Origin: Lingula anatina
Lineage: Eukaryota > Animalia > Brachiopoda
Direction: 5' to 3'
Assembly: GCA_051362555.1 (NCBI GenBank)
Contig: CM120647.1
Location: 12,810,651-12,874,650 of the forward strand
DNA length: 64,000 nt
The notes below the pieces were generated by a model that had not been told where the DNA came from, ran no database searches, and saw only the letters and a list, made by a program, of their open reading frames with translations. Every line of letters starts with the position of its first letter. Position 1 is the first letter of the stretch. The position numbers were made by a program, and so were the translations under genes. Below, piece after piece: positions 1-12,360 of this stretch.

Positions 1-974
1 AGTTTATAAAGCATAAGGATAGCACTCTTTTTTATATTGATTTTATAATTTTTTACTTTATACAGTCTTTTTTCTTTCAGATAGGTACTTGAATGTTTTG
101 TGTGTACATGTGAAATATTTGTGTACTGTCATCATCAGTGTGGTAGTGGGAACGGTTGTTGGAAGTTTTGAATTGAGAGAGGGAATATGTGTGTTTATGC
201 ATGCTCGCACATGTGCGTATGTCTTCACTTTTGGAATCTATGTTGGTCTTTTCCATGTGGGTCATAAATATTTAACTGTGTGTGGATCATATAGTTTAAA
301 ACTTGAAGTTTGGTGCGTGCATCAAGATTGTGTGTTTAAAGGATTTTGACTGTGAACTTTTATCATGAGTAGGGTACGTAGTGAAGGAGAGAAAATGAAG
401 CAAAAATGAAAAAAGAAATTACTAGTACATGTATGGTTGATTGTGTTATGCAGCATGTCATACTTGTTCAATCAGTTTTCAGTTGTTTGTGATATGTGTG
501 CACAGTGGAGAAAACACTTATCTTAGAAGCATTTATCTTGTCCATGTTACATATTTCAAGATCAGTTTACAATAATCTTTGTCTCCGTTTAGGGAAAGTT
601 TTATGAGTCTAAGATCAATATTGCTGTGTGCTGTTTAATTAAGAGATGATAGATGACATTTTGTGGGGCATGGAGTGCTATCTGGGTCATTTGATGAGAG
701 ACAAAACAGTCAGTTTTAACACACGAAATCAAAGATGCAGTTTGCGTGTGTACATGTGGGTTTATGATGTTGTATGTGCATATGATATGTTTGTCAGTCT
801 GTTCAGTGGTTTTTGTGATGATGTTGACACCTCTAATTATATTTGCTTTCATTATGCTTTTATAGAATAATTTTATGAAATAGTTGCTTTACCAATATAA
901 TGCAATAATTTGATAATGATAAACATCGTAAATGTTGAAATTCATGTACTAAAAAATATTTCTCGCTATTTCAG

Positions 975-3900
975 GAAAAAATCAGATGCAGTTAAGCCTC
1001 CTCTCAAACGAAAGAAAAGTCCGCTTACTTTGAAGAAGTCTGGGGAGACAGCCAGTAATGGGGGGTCGGGAGGCAGCGGGGTCGCAGTCAATAGGCCGAG
1101 ATCTGTTAGTGCTGGCGCTAACACTCTGGCTGCCACTTTACCCACTGAAGAGGGCGCCACTCTTAGCCAAGAAGAGCTACAGACGGTAGGAGAGGTGAGA
1201 TTGTATTTCTTTGATGTTCACTGTTTTTCATTTTATTTTTGTTTTATTTTCTTTTGAACCCTGATGGTGGTACATTATTTATTCTTAAACCACTATTGGA
1301 AACATCGTATGCTTGATATTTTGGTGTCTGGCGTGGGTGGTTAATTGGTGAAATCTTTAATTCCAACATACTGTGAAAATTTGCCATAAGATACTGTAAC
1401 GAAAAAAACAAAAAAAAAAGATGATGATTGTTTCTGAGGATGTGTGTGAGATTGTCATCATACAAGTGTTTGTTGATTTATTTATTGATATATTTATTTT
1501 AATTTGATTTAATGTTATTCTTATTTACAGGACAGCACTGTCTCTTCAGCCAATGGAGGATCAGAGTCCGGCTGGGATGATACGGACACGGCGGCGGGTG
1601 ACGTGGACCCACATCGCACAAAGGCTGCCTGCGAGCACCTGCAGCATAAGATACAGAAAACTAAAGACTTAATTAAGGGAGAACAGGGAGCAAAAGAAAG
1701 TAAGAGATTGTGGGAAATTTGGATGATTTTTTTTTTAATTCAGCATAGAAGTTTGACAAAATTAAATAGTTTAAGAAAAACGCGAAGTGAAAAAAAGTCA
1801 GAACCATGGAAAGAGCTTGTGGGAAAATTGGATGATATGAACATGATATTTTATTTATTTCCAGAGAATGTAAATGAATACCTCAAACTCGCCTCTGGTG
1901 CCGACAAGCAACAGGTTCAGCGGATAAAAACGGTCTTCGAGAAGAAGAACCAGAAATCAGCACAAAGTATTGCGCAGTTGCAAAAGAAACTGGAAAGTTA
2001 TCAACGGAAACTTAAAGACGTTGAGACCTATGGGGTGTCTGCTCACAAACCCGCCAAGGAAGTGCTGCGTGATATGGGACAGGGAATAAAGTAGGCACTC
2101 TGTGACACTGAGCACTTGTTCGAAAAAAAAAATAGATTTGTAGACTTAGCATAGGACTACAAAAAGCTTGTTGTCTGTGAGTTTTGTTGGGAAATTTGTC
2201 CTTCAGGGTCTCTACGACACTTGTATTGTGCAGTATTACAGAGTTCATGGAACATGTAAAACGACACTATAGGATATTTTGTATCTTTCAGATTTTGATA
2301 GTAACCATAAGGATTTTTTTTAATGTAATATGATTAATTTTTTACCATTTTAGAAATGTGGGAGGCAACATTAAAACAGGCCTAACAGGATTTTCTGGGT
2401 AGGTAGTCCACATCATGAAAAATCCTCCCATGTTTTATTTTTCAAAGTTCCGTTATGTTTGGCTAATATTGCTATAAAATGATTTTCTTTGTCAAATTGT
2501 TTTGAAAATATGATGTTATTTTGAGTGTTTATCCATTTCAGAGGTGTCGCCAGCAACATAAGGGGTGCTACAGAGTAAGTGATTATTTTCCTAATTATTA
2601 GTTGGGAGTCGGATATGATCTGTCGTTTAGTTGAGATAAATAGCATTAAATATGTACTTTGTTCTCACCGAAATAGCCAAAACAATACCCAGAATTTCAT
2701 GAAGATTGAATCCGATATAATTCTTCATGCGTATGTTTATGTCAAGTTTTTCTTGATTTGCTGCACAATAAATATCCTTTGCTATTGTTTTCAGTGCCAT
2801 TGTGTCCAAACCCAGGTCGTTTGCACATTTAATAAAAAATAAATTTGGAAGTGCTGACAACATAGATACCCTCAGTAAGTTGGGTAAGTGGCCCTCTAGG
2901 GGGCTGCATGTTTTCTAGCAGTGTTTCATATTTCTGTTTGCTTATAACAATAAAACTTAACACATTGAAGCAAGCTATGTTGTTAACCACTAGTTATGGG
3001 CTATTGACCTATAGAAATGGTGTTGGGCTAGAAAAAAATACAGTTTTTTCAAAGTTTGTTGACCAATATGCAGCAGGGGGGAAAATTAAGGGGTTGTGGG
3101 TAGTTTTTCCAACCTCCAAAAGTTTTATCTCCGTACAAGTATTTTAACCCAGACTTACATATTTTGAAGCCTGCTCATTTGGGTAAGAAGCTAAGGACCC
3201 ATTCCCATAGACACCATCAATCTAAGTAGATCGATCCAACTGTGCAGGGACCCTCCCTGAGTGCAATCATTTTGACAGATTTATGCGCCATCTTCTGGGG
3301 TAAAGTAAAGTTGAGGACAACCAGTGATTATACAAGTACATTGGAATCTAGAGGTGATGTGTCTTTTATTTAAGCTGATTGCAATAAGCAAGAGTCCCCA
3401 CAGAGTTGAATCGATCTACATAGACTGATGGTTTCTCCGGGAATGGGGTTTTAGACTTAGTTGTTGGGTAAAAACTGGTTCTTTTCAAGTACATTCATTT
3501 GATTTTTGAGTTCATTTTTAAAATTTTTCTTTACAGAAAATATAGAAGAAGGTGTACGCGGCCATGAGGTCGGGAAGGAATATCATGGAAGTGGAACGCT
3601 ACCAAGCAGGTATTGTAAAACATTTGAGCCATTCAACTCTCTAGTTTCCCGTTTTTATGTTCATTTATTCATTTTCTAGCTAATTATAACATGTGTTAAG
3701 GCTAATCAACCAAGAAATCACACAAAGATTGTAAACTGTACTTAGTCCTAAGAAGAGCTCACTTTCGCCATGTCAAATCAACGTAAAATTTGAGTCTTGT
3801 AAAAGAAAGTGATGTATTTAACCATACAAAAATATAACTTAAATCTTAACATTATGTGGTCAGTTTCAAGTACCGGTCAGATGAAGAGGACGCGTCCAGT

Positions 3901-6900
3901 ATTGCCAGCAGTTCGGGACCAAGTGGTATCCAGAGTGGAAGCAGTCCCAAACGGTCAGGGCAACTGGACATTGCACCGCCCGAGCCAGTGGACCTGGAGC
4001 CGCTGAGGCAGGACATCCAGGAAATGAGAGAGACCCAAGACAGGCTGCATGAGATGCTGGAGTCTTTGAAGGTGGGTGCTGTCTTGTATTGGTTAAAAAC
4101 GCCGACTATTTATGAGGTCATTGTGACCTGCTGTCTCCTGTTGCATTAAGTGCCACCTACTGGTGGGTCATATTGGATAAAATGCCACCTAGAGAAGAGA
4201 TCATTGTGACCTTGTTAAAATTGGGATTTCTTTCATGAAAACTCCTATGGCTATTAACTTAGCACCTGTTTGATGCTTCCTAATATTTTAATCTCCAGTG
4301 TGAATACCATTTTGAACGCCTCATTGGGATTAAGTAACTTCTTATTCAACCTGCAGAGCATTAATATCACACAACTTGAGATATCCAAACAGCCTATTGG
4401 AGAAGAAAAGTATAATTAAAGTTGTAAAATTTCAAGAAGTCAAAAAAAAAATTGGATGGGCACATGACAGGTTTTACAGGGCAGATTATACTTTTAGTCA
4501 TAATATGTTTAACAGTGAAAGAGAATGATTGAATCAGGAATCAAGCTCAGAGTGATTGTGATATTCCAGGACACGATGCAGAGTGAGAGGTACGAGTTGA
4601 TGAAAAGTTTATCAGAAGAGAACAAATATCGGCAAGACCGACTGGAAGAGGCCATTAATGACCTGTCGGAGCTTCACCAGCACGAAATAACAAATTTAAA
4701 ACAGGTAACATTCACTCCACTCAGATGGATAATTCCTAAGCGCAGATTGCCTTTAATTTTTATGTACAGACACAGATGTGTCTGTACATATAGCCGTCAT
4801 CTGCGTCTGTCGTCGTCGTTGCCGTCGTCGCCGTGCAATTTTACTGATAACACCATAAGTGGAACACTGTTTTTTCTTTTGGCTTGAAACTTACAGAACT
4901 GATGAATATTCATAATACGCAGGTCAAGTTCGAAAATCAGCATGATCGGGTCTCTTATAGGGAATTTATGCTGTTTTTTCACTTTTTTCAGCATATATGC
5001 AGCACCGATAACACGATAAGTGGAAAACTGTTTTACCTTTTGGCTTGAAACTTACAGAACTGATGAATATTTATAATACTCAGGTCAAGTTCGAAAATCA
5101 GCATGATTGGGTCATTTTTAGTGAATTTAGGCTATTTTTCTCTTTTTTCAGCATATATACAGCACCGATAACACCATAAATGGAAAACCATTTTACCTTT
5201 TGGCTTGTTTGCATCTTTATTTTCTGTTTTTTGTCTGTACATTTGACAGCTTTGCTGCCTTGTTTTTAACTGATATAAATGTGTATTTAAAATTTTATAA
5301 ACATAGATAGTTTTTCCCTCAGGTATTGATGTTTTAAATGTTATTTGGTTTAAACAGAAAGGCATGTTTGCCCTGACTCAATTAATGCCAGTGCCACTGT
5401 TAAATAGTGTAAGTGCACATGTTAAAATCTTCAATATTCTTAAATAAAAAAGTACCATAACATGTAATGTTCCCATTATTAAGGCTCGCCATTAGCAAGG
5501 TGAAAGGTTTGCAGCAACAAGTTTGCCAGAGTTTGCAAAAATGCTGCTAATTTGCAGCAATATTTCAGCAAATTTGCAGCAGGCCTGATATTTGGCTAAG
5601 GGCATTGCTTTCTTTTATTTCCATAACTGTCGGGGTCAGTGTTCAGTATCTTCAAATAAAAGCTTTGTATTTGTAGGAAATTTCCAGTATGGAAGAAAAA
5701 ATGGAGTACCAGTTAGAGGAGAGAACCAGAGACATGCAGGAGATGCTGGAGAGTTGTCAGACAAGGGTAAGATCAGGAAACAATTGTGTTAGGAGAGATA
5801 TAGAATTGTGTTAGGAGGGATTGTGCTGGAGGAGACGTGGTGGAACAATTGCAGTTGTGTTAGGAGAGGTATTGAATTGTGTTAGGTGAGATTGTGCTGG
5901 AGAAGACATGATGGAACATATTTTTGTATATTTAGGACAGATTCGAATTGTTTACATTTGTTATTCTATTGTTGATTAGACATTACACAGTATAATCAAT
6001 CATGTTGAATACTGTCTTATTAGCAACACTGTATGAGGTTCTTCAAAAAAGGCTTAACTTCAACTAATGAATCAGTTAGGAAGATTACACATAATTATCT
6101 TACTTTTTATCAGGCAAGAGACTGTTCATACTGGAATATAGACCTTTTATATCCCAGGGCTTTTTCTAAGCCCAGTTCACCAATAAAGAACTTTATTATC
6201 CAAAAGATGACCTCTTGCCTGTTGATTCAAATATGCAATTAAGAATTCAGCATGTGATTTGTTTTCTCTCATTATATCAGATGGCCCGATTGGAGTTAAA
6301 ACAAGTTTCCATTATTGAAGATAATGTTAGTATATATCAGAAGTGGTTGATGTTACTTTTACATTGCTTTGAGTGAGACTGGAGGGGCAAAAAGGCATGT
6401 GCGTGTGTGTGGGGGGGGGGGGAGGGGGGATGATGACAGTTTTCTTGTAGCGTGTATCAGGGCCAAAATTTAGTGTTGGGGGTAGGGGGGATAGAGGGTG
6501 CTGGATTTACTTGGATATTTCATGTCATTTGATATCTAACATTAAAACTTTTTAAAATTGTTTTCAAAAATTAATACAAGAGATTGCCACTTTGCCATTC
6601 TAATACTTTTTATCTGTTGTTGATTGAGTTAAGAAGTTTGGTTTGTATTTATGTTGTTAAAATAAAACAATAGTGGCTGAAACATAATGCTGCAAACATC
6701 ATTGGTTTAAATTTTTGTTGGATTGATGTTGTTTTAAATAACTAACCCTAGTGAATGACACCATAAAATTCTGCAAATGCATGTTTCTTATTCCAAAAAA
6801 CCAACTTTGTTTGTTTGATGCCAGAGATTATTAATGAAAAATCCCTTAATATGTTTCCAAGGTTTTTATGTTGAATATTTCATGACAAATCACCCAAAAC

Positions 6901-8159
6901 TGTCTCTTGCCTGAATATAAAGTTGATTCCAACCCTAAGCCAGATGTTGTTTCTATTATTAAAGAAAAAAAAAAAACTTCCAGCAATGCCTTAGAGATAC
7001 TACTGTACTTAGGTGACTCAAAACAAAAACGAGTTATAATATTTCAAGGAATTAAAAAAACTGAAACCCACAGCTAATAAGGTTTCAAGCTTTCTTTCTG
7101 AGAACTTTTTGCCATTACCTAGAGCTTTGATGAGTGGAAATGCAATATGATATTTAAATCTGAAGTAACTTGATTTTTTGAGTTTGAGCTGTTGGTTTTC
7201 TGAAATAAATCCAAGTTTTAATTGTAAGACCATATTCACAACCAAAGTTGATCCGCAGACTAACAGATCGAAAGATTGAAAGCTTGCAGCACAGTCGCAA
7301 CAGGGGATCTATTCAGTGTATATTAGGGGTTTATGCTGCAAGCTTTCAAGTGGGTCAGCCTTATTTGATCTGGGTATCTGTAAGTAGGGTTAATTTGTTC
7401 TGAATGCCCCCTAACAGTGGTTTTGAGATTATATTATTGTAGCTCTGAGGTTATTCTCTGTAGATATCAAAGATGGAGCTGCAGCAGCAACAGCAACAGT
7501 TGATCTCCATGGAGGGGGTGGAGAATGCCAACGCCAGGGCACTCATCACGAAACTCATCAATGTTGTTCTGGCAGTTTTAGCTGTGATTCTAGTCCTGGT
7601 GTCCACTATTGCCAACTTACTCATGCCATTCTTGACCACAAAGTAAGTACTCATTGCCAACTTACTCATGCCATTCTTGACCACAAAGTAAGTACTCATT
7701 GCCAACTTACTCATGCCATTCTTGACCACAAAGTAAGTACACATTACCAACTTACTCATGCCATTCTTGACCACAAAGTAAGTACTCATCACCAACTTAC
7801 TCATGCCATTCTTGACCACAAAGTAAGTACTCATCACCAACTTACTCATGCCATTCTTGACCACAAAGTAAGTACTCATCACCAACTTACTCATGCCATT
7901 CTTGACCACAAAGTAAGTACTCATTACCAACTTACTCATGCCATTCATGACCACAAAGTAAGTACAGTCATTCTTTTTATGCTTTAATTAAAAATACCAT
8001 GTCTACTTATTTCACTATATTTTCTATTTCAGGGTACGTCTACTGAGCACAGTAGTGATGATAGCTCTGGGTATCTTACTCTATTATAACTGGCCTCTTA
8101 TAGTGACTGCATGGACACATACCACAGGATATTTTACCCATATACTGTCTGGCAAATAG
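975..8159 (+). CDS. TMCC: Transmembrane and coiled-coil domain family protein (TMCC1/2/3, Dementin-like), 5' end outside or not identified; 12 coding exons
   Basis: GT-AG exons joined in frame: 975-1194, 1531-1699, 1865-2090, 2354-2398, 2542-2574, 2795-2874, 3537-3609, 3864-4071, 4570-4704, 5677-5766, 7464-7642, 8033-8159 (TAG). Family motifs: [72 protein letters not shown]...[34 protein letters not shown], two C-terminal TM segments. Confidence 0.93.
3195..3450. mobile_element. Palindromic MITE (Harbinger/Tourist-like), family 1
   Basis: Ends GGACCCATTCCC...GGGAATGGGGTT with internal inverted arms (TAGATCGAT/ATCGATCTA), flanked by TAA/TTA. Confidence 0.7.
4757..5267 (+). mobile_element. Helentron-associated (HINE/DINE-1-like) non-autonomous element with internal ~160-bp tandem repeats
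   Basis: 5' T-run plus palindrome TATGTACAGACAC-AGAT-GTGTCTGTACATA (4761-4790), (GTC)n tract, ~2.3 copies of a 160-bp unit, 3' GTCTGTACAT plus short hairpin CAGC-TTT-GCTG, then CTTGTTTTT. Confidence 0.7.
5784..5918 (+). repeat. Short tandem duplication (two copies) with TTGTGTTAGG sub-repeats
   Basis: TTGTGTTAGGAGAG...GAATTGTGTTAGG...GATTGTGCTGGAG...TGGAACA seen twice. Confidence 0.6.
7250..7412. mobile_element. Degenerate palindromic MITE
   Basis: Inverted arms TTGAAAGCTTGCAGCA / TGCTGCAAGCTTTCAA; terminal GAATGCCCCC-TAA resembles family 1 ends. Confidence 0.45.
7608..7965 (+). repeat. 45-bp tandem repeat x8 spanning the TMCC exon end and 5' splice site
   Basis: Unit ATTGCCAACTTACTCATGCCATTCTTGACCACAAAGTAAGTACTC starts at 7608, 7653, 7698, 7743, 7788, 7833, 7878, 7923. 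Confidence 0.95.
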
Positions 8160-8183
8160 GTGTTTATTGTCTGTGTTAGGTTT

Positions 8184-8545
8184 TGAGGATACATAAGGCA
8201 TTGAGGAGGATCCAGATTGGTTGATTGAAGACTCATATGAGATTTGGTTGAGGATCCACCATGGGATTTCGGTTGAGAATTCAGCGGGATTTCCATTTGA
8301 GGAACCGATATCTGACTTCATTTTTACATTGAAAAGCATTCAGATTGATTTGGGATGCACTGAGATTTTGTTTGAGATGCCAGTGTGGGGTTCGGGTTGA
8401 GTACTCGGCATGGGAATTCAATTGAGGACTCTCGTTTCTTAAAGAAGAGCCAGCTTTGGCATTTCAGTTCAGGACCCTCCACGATTTAGCTTGAGGAGCC
8501 AGCATGGGATTGTAGTTGTGGACTGAGGGAGATATCAGTTGAGAA
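8184..8545 (+). repeat. Degenerate ~23-25 bp tandem repeat in proximal TMCC 3' UTR
   Basis: Recurrent units such as TTGAGGATCCACCATGGGATTTCGG, TTGAGTACTCGGCATGGGAATTCAA, TTGAGGAGCCAGCATGGGATTGTAG. Confidence 0.6.
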
Positions 8546-10927
8546 ACTTTTTCCCCCACAAGAACCAGATGGAATTTGATTTGGAAGCAATGGGATCTCA
8601 AACAAAAAACCAATAGGATTTCAATCACTGTGAAGAATAACTTCCAACTTCATTATCAGTCCTAATTTCATTTTATTTATTTAACAGAAACTGGAAGATT
8701 CTGTAATCCATTTTCTTTTAAACTGAAGAATTTTTTTCATATCTTAGGTGTATCTATTGTAATTTTTTTTGCTGATATGAAAATGGCTTTCAGGTCAAAC
8801 TCTGGACTTCAGAACACATGTTGAGTTGGTGAAAGGTATTCAGGAGATACGTGGCAGTGAGGTGTACAGAGATTTGTATTTGTTGATAGCACTGAGAGTT
8901 TGTTTTACCTGGATGGGGTGAGGTACAGGTGTGTATATTCAAGGTGTATGTATTTATTTAAAACTGCATTCATTGAAAAAAGGAGCTACAGTTGTGGAGA
9001 GAGTTCTTGTTCATGTCAGAAGCAAGCATGATTTAAAAATGGTGTGATACAAGATGTGTGGAAAATAAGCAGTCCGTAGAGAGCTCGGGGTCGTTTAAGA
9101 CTTCATCCATTGAAAAAAATGATGAACAATGTATTTGTTTGCCAGATATCTTTTTAAAATTATAGTATAATTTATATTTCAAATTTTTAGTCATTTTGAC
9201 TAATGGGGAAATATATGTAGTTATGTATTTATAATTTTGTTTTGGAATTTTTTTAAATCAGATCCAGATAGTGGCATATTAGTATAAAGTTACCAGAGAC
9301 AATCACAAAATTTTGTTAAAATCTTTATGTTACTAGAAAAAAATATGGGAATTATTTCATCAAATATGACTTTAAAATAGAAATTGAATATGACTTTAAA
9401 TTTTGGTTTTGGTATATTGTGCAAAAAAAAAATGCAGGTTTTATGAAACGGACAAAGAAATTGAAAATCATTGTTAATTTGTTTACAGAATGGTGCAAAA
9501 GTGTACCATGTATTGAAGTAGAACAATTCCACCTTGGGGGTACTTTGAAAAAACAGGATGAAAGATGAAAAGATAATTCTGTTGATGAGTGCAACTGTCT
9601 CAGTCAATATATTAAACCCATGCTCAATCAGAAAGAATTGCTCAATGCAATCACACCTAATGCAATCGGAACTGCTTGGCTTACTCAACACAATCACACC
9701 CAACACAATTACACCCAATCAATCAGATTTGCTGTCCAGCATACCTTATTCAAAAACTGTGAACAAAATCGGAGGTTATTTTACCCCATGCTGTCACACC
9801 CAACACTATGATAACTATCTACCCAAGGAAATCCAGTCTAACACAATTGGAGCTGTTTCTTAGCTCATCTTACAATGGCATGTAACACTTTTAGAACTGT
9901 TAATCCACCACAAGCAATATTATCACATGGGTACATTTTATCCTGAAGAAAGGGTGTATATTTTGCCCTTGAACAAAAAAAGGTGTCCAAAATTGTATAT
10001 GTTGAACTAAATCAGAAAGACTATATAGTCATTGGTAAAATTTTGGCACTGTCAAGTGAAATGTGATATGGGGAAAGGATATGTTCTCTTCATTTTTGTA
10101 ACAGTACCACTAGAAGAAAGTGCAATTTGCTTCATAATTAGATCTTGTCCCTTCAGAAAATGTCTGTTTGCATAGGTGTAGCAAAGTAAAATGTACCGCA
10201 TATAGAATACTGAAAGTGAATGCAAATACTTGTTCAGTGTGACAATAGCCAAGCATTATGGCTCAGCAGTGTACTTTTGCAGTCATTTTGTGTCTCTAAC
10301 TCACCACTCTTGCAGATTAGTTAAATACATGGATATTTTAGTAGAAAACTTCTATCAGAATGATGTACTTAATATGTAAGAAAACAAGATGTTTTATATT
10401 GTTCCCTGATTAGATACTACTGCCCCCTAGTGGCTTTAGTGAAACCTTTTTTTTTTTCACACTTCCTAAGAATGTACTCTTAACTTTTTCTTGTTTCCTA
10501 GAGAAAAGTGGATAAGTTGATTTGATTTCAGGTTCAGGAATCTGATTGGCTAATTTTTTTCTCACTGGTTTTCAAGTGAACTTTGTTAATGATGTTAATA
10601 ACAGACACCAAAGGGCAATAGTCTCTAGGAAGATATTGTTTCAAGATATCTGATATTGTACCATAATTAAGAGGGGAGAGGGGGGGGGGTTAAAAAAAAC
10701 TGGACCAATGGCTCATGGTCAAACATAGTAGTGAGTTTTGTTTCCTGTCCATAATTCCTGTAATGTTCAAAAATGTTTGTAAGAACATGTGCACACAATA
10801 ATTGTCTTGCCTTTTAGTCTTCTAGTGAAGAACTGAAGATTGTATTGTTATTCTTGAAGCAGCACATTTGCAGTAGCTAATGACTATGCTTTGGCAGCTG
10901 TAGCTTTCAGTGCTCAGACAGGTGTGG

Positions 10928-11093
10928 CAGGGGCATAACCAGACCATTTAAAATTGTACGCACAGATTTTGAAAATTCCCAGGTACGATTATATTCCGTG
11001 AAAAATACACTGAATTTATGTAGAATAATATCATGGTTGGCTCAAAAAATTGTACGCACAGTGCATCCGTGCGTATGCCTGGTTACGCCCCTG
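10928..11093. mobile_element. Small TIR element with 7-bp target-site duplication
   Basis: TIRs CAGGGGCATAACCAG / CTGGTTACGCCCCTG flanked on both sides by GGTGTGG. Confidence 0.75.
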
Positions 11094-11684
11094 GGTGTGG
11101 TATGGTTCACAATAATTGTGTCAGATGCGTCAAACGTTATCGTGCTGGTTGTGCCCACTGCTGCGTCAACGTCATTGTGTTAGGTGAGAATGGTGGTGTA
11201 GACTTAATGATTATTTTGGTTAGTTGTGCTAAACTATTGTGCTGGGTTGTGACGATTGTCACTTGGACGCCGCCGCCGCCCCCCCCCCCCCCCCCCTTGA
11301 CAGCCACTAAAACAGAGGTGTAAACATTGTTATAATGATAAGAAGGACAAAAAACACTATCTGACAATGGAAACCCCGACTTCCGTGGTATTAGCAAGTA
11401 CAGCTTGCTGTATGTCATGCACCGATATAAGAAAAACTAACTTAATGCTTGTTCAGCTGCCAAGAGTTGAAAGTTCACTTGATTTTAGCTCCAGTGGTAA
11501 TTCACCATGTATGTGATAGGTTGGGAATGTAAAACTTGGCCAATGTGATTATTGATTTTATTTGTTTTTAAAGAAGACATAATAATGTCTGATATTATAC
11601 AGTTTTACGTGGACAACTCAATAGAATTATTGAATGCCAAGTTGAAATAAAGATTGGAAATGTTCAACTTTGTTTGCTTCAGTT

Positions 11685-11718
<34 letters not shown>

Positions 11719-11741
11719 ATGCAGTCAGTAATTCAGTCTTT

Positions 11742-11991
11742 GGCTGCGTTCACATGAAAAATCTATTTTCTAAAAATCTATTTGTGGTATCTTGTGATCA
11801 CGGTCTGTACCCTGAATACCCCGCGGCGTAATTACTGGCAGCGCCAAGAATTAATTACAGCTTTGGAAGTAACTGGCTCGCGCTGCCCGTAATTACGCCG
11901 TGGGGTATTCAGGGCACAGACCGTGATCACAACATACCGCAAATAGATTTTTTAGATTTTAAGAAAATAGATTTTTCAAGTGAACGCAGCC
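11742..11991. mobile_element. Near-perfect 250-bp palindromic MITE (Harbinger-like termini)
   Basis: GGCTGCGTTCAC...GTGAACGCAGCC with ~105-bp complementary arms; TTT on both flanks. Confidence 0.85.
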
Positions 11992-12360
11992 TTTATTTGA
12001 CCAAAGATTAACTTTCTAATGTCATTTTATCAAAATCGTAATAATGATTAACATCATTTATTCCTATGTGGCGTATTCCATTAAAATCTAAACGGACCTT
12101 ACAAATTTAAAGCTGCAAATACAAATTACTTATTTAATGAACATAAAAGAGTTAATAATTATAACTAAGATCGGTTTAAAAGGATGAGTTTCAAAACAAT
12201 CCATAATTGTATAAAACTATAACGTGTAAACCGATTTTTAAAAAATAAGTCTTTAATAAAAGTTCCCTTCAAACGACAGAGTTAGTGGCAATTCTTGGTA
12301 CACATCATCATAGCGACACAGCAAGTAGATTCAATTATATATGAACTGTCATCTTGTGCT

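Larger units (their letters stand above)
8160..11670 (+). other. Putative ~3.5 kb 3' UTR of TMCC with AATAAA at 11646-11651
   Basis: No exon-like coding signal after the stop; AATAAA followed by a T/GT-rich tract. End point inferred only. Confidence 0.45.

Noticed and set aside
365-373. ATGAGTAGG|GTACGT as TMCC start exon
   Set aside because: A phase-0 donor is incompatible with the phase-2 start of exon 975.
7451-7954. 167-aa minus-strand ORF with ([15 protein letters not shown])n; array also superficially CRISPR-like
   Set aside because: It is the antisense reading of the 45-bp splice-donor repeat; there are no unique spacers or cas genes, and the DNA is eukaryotic.
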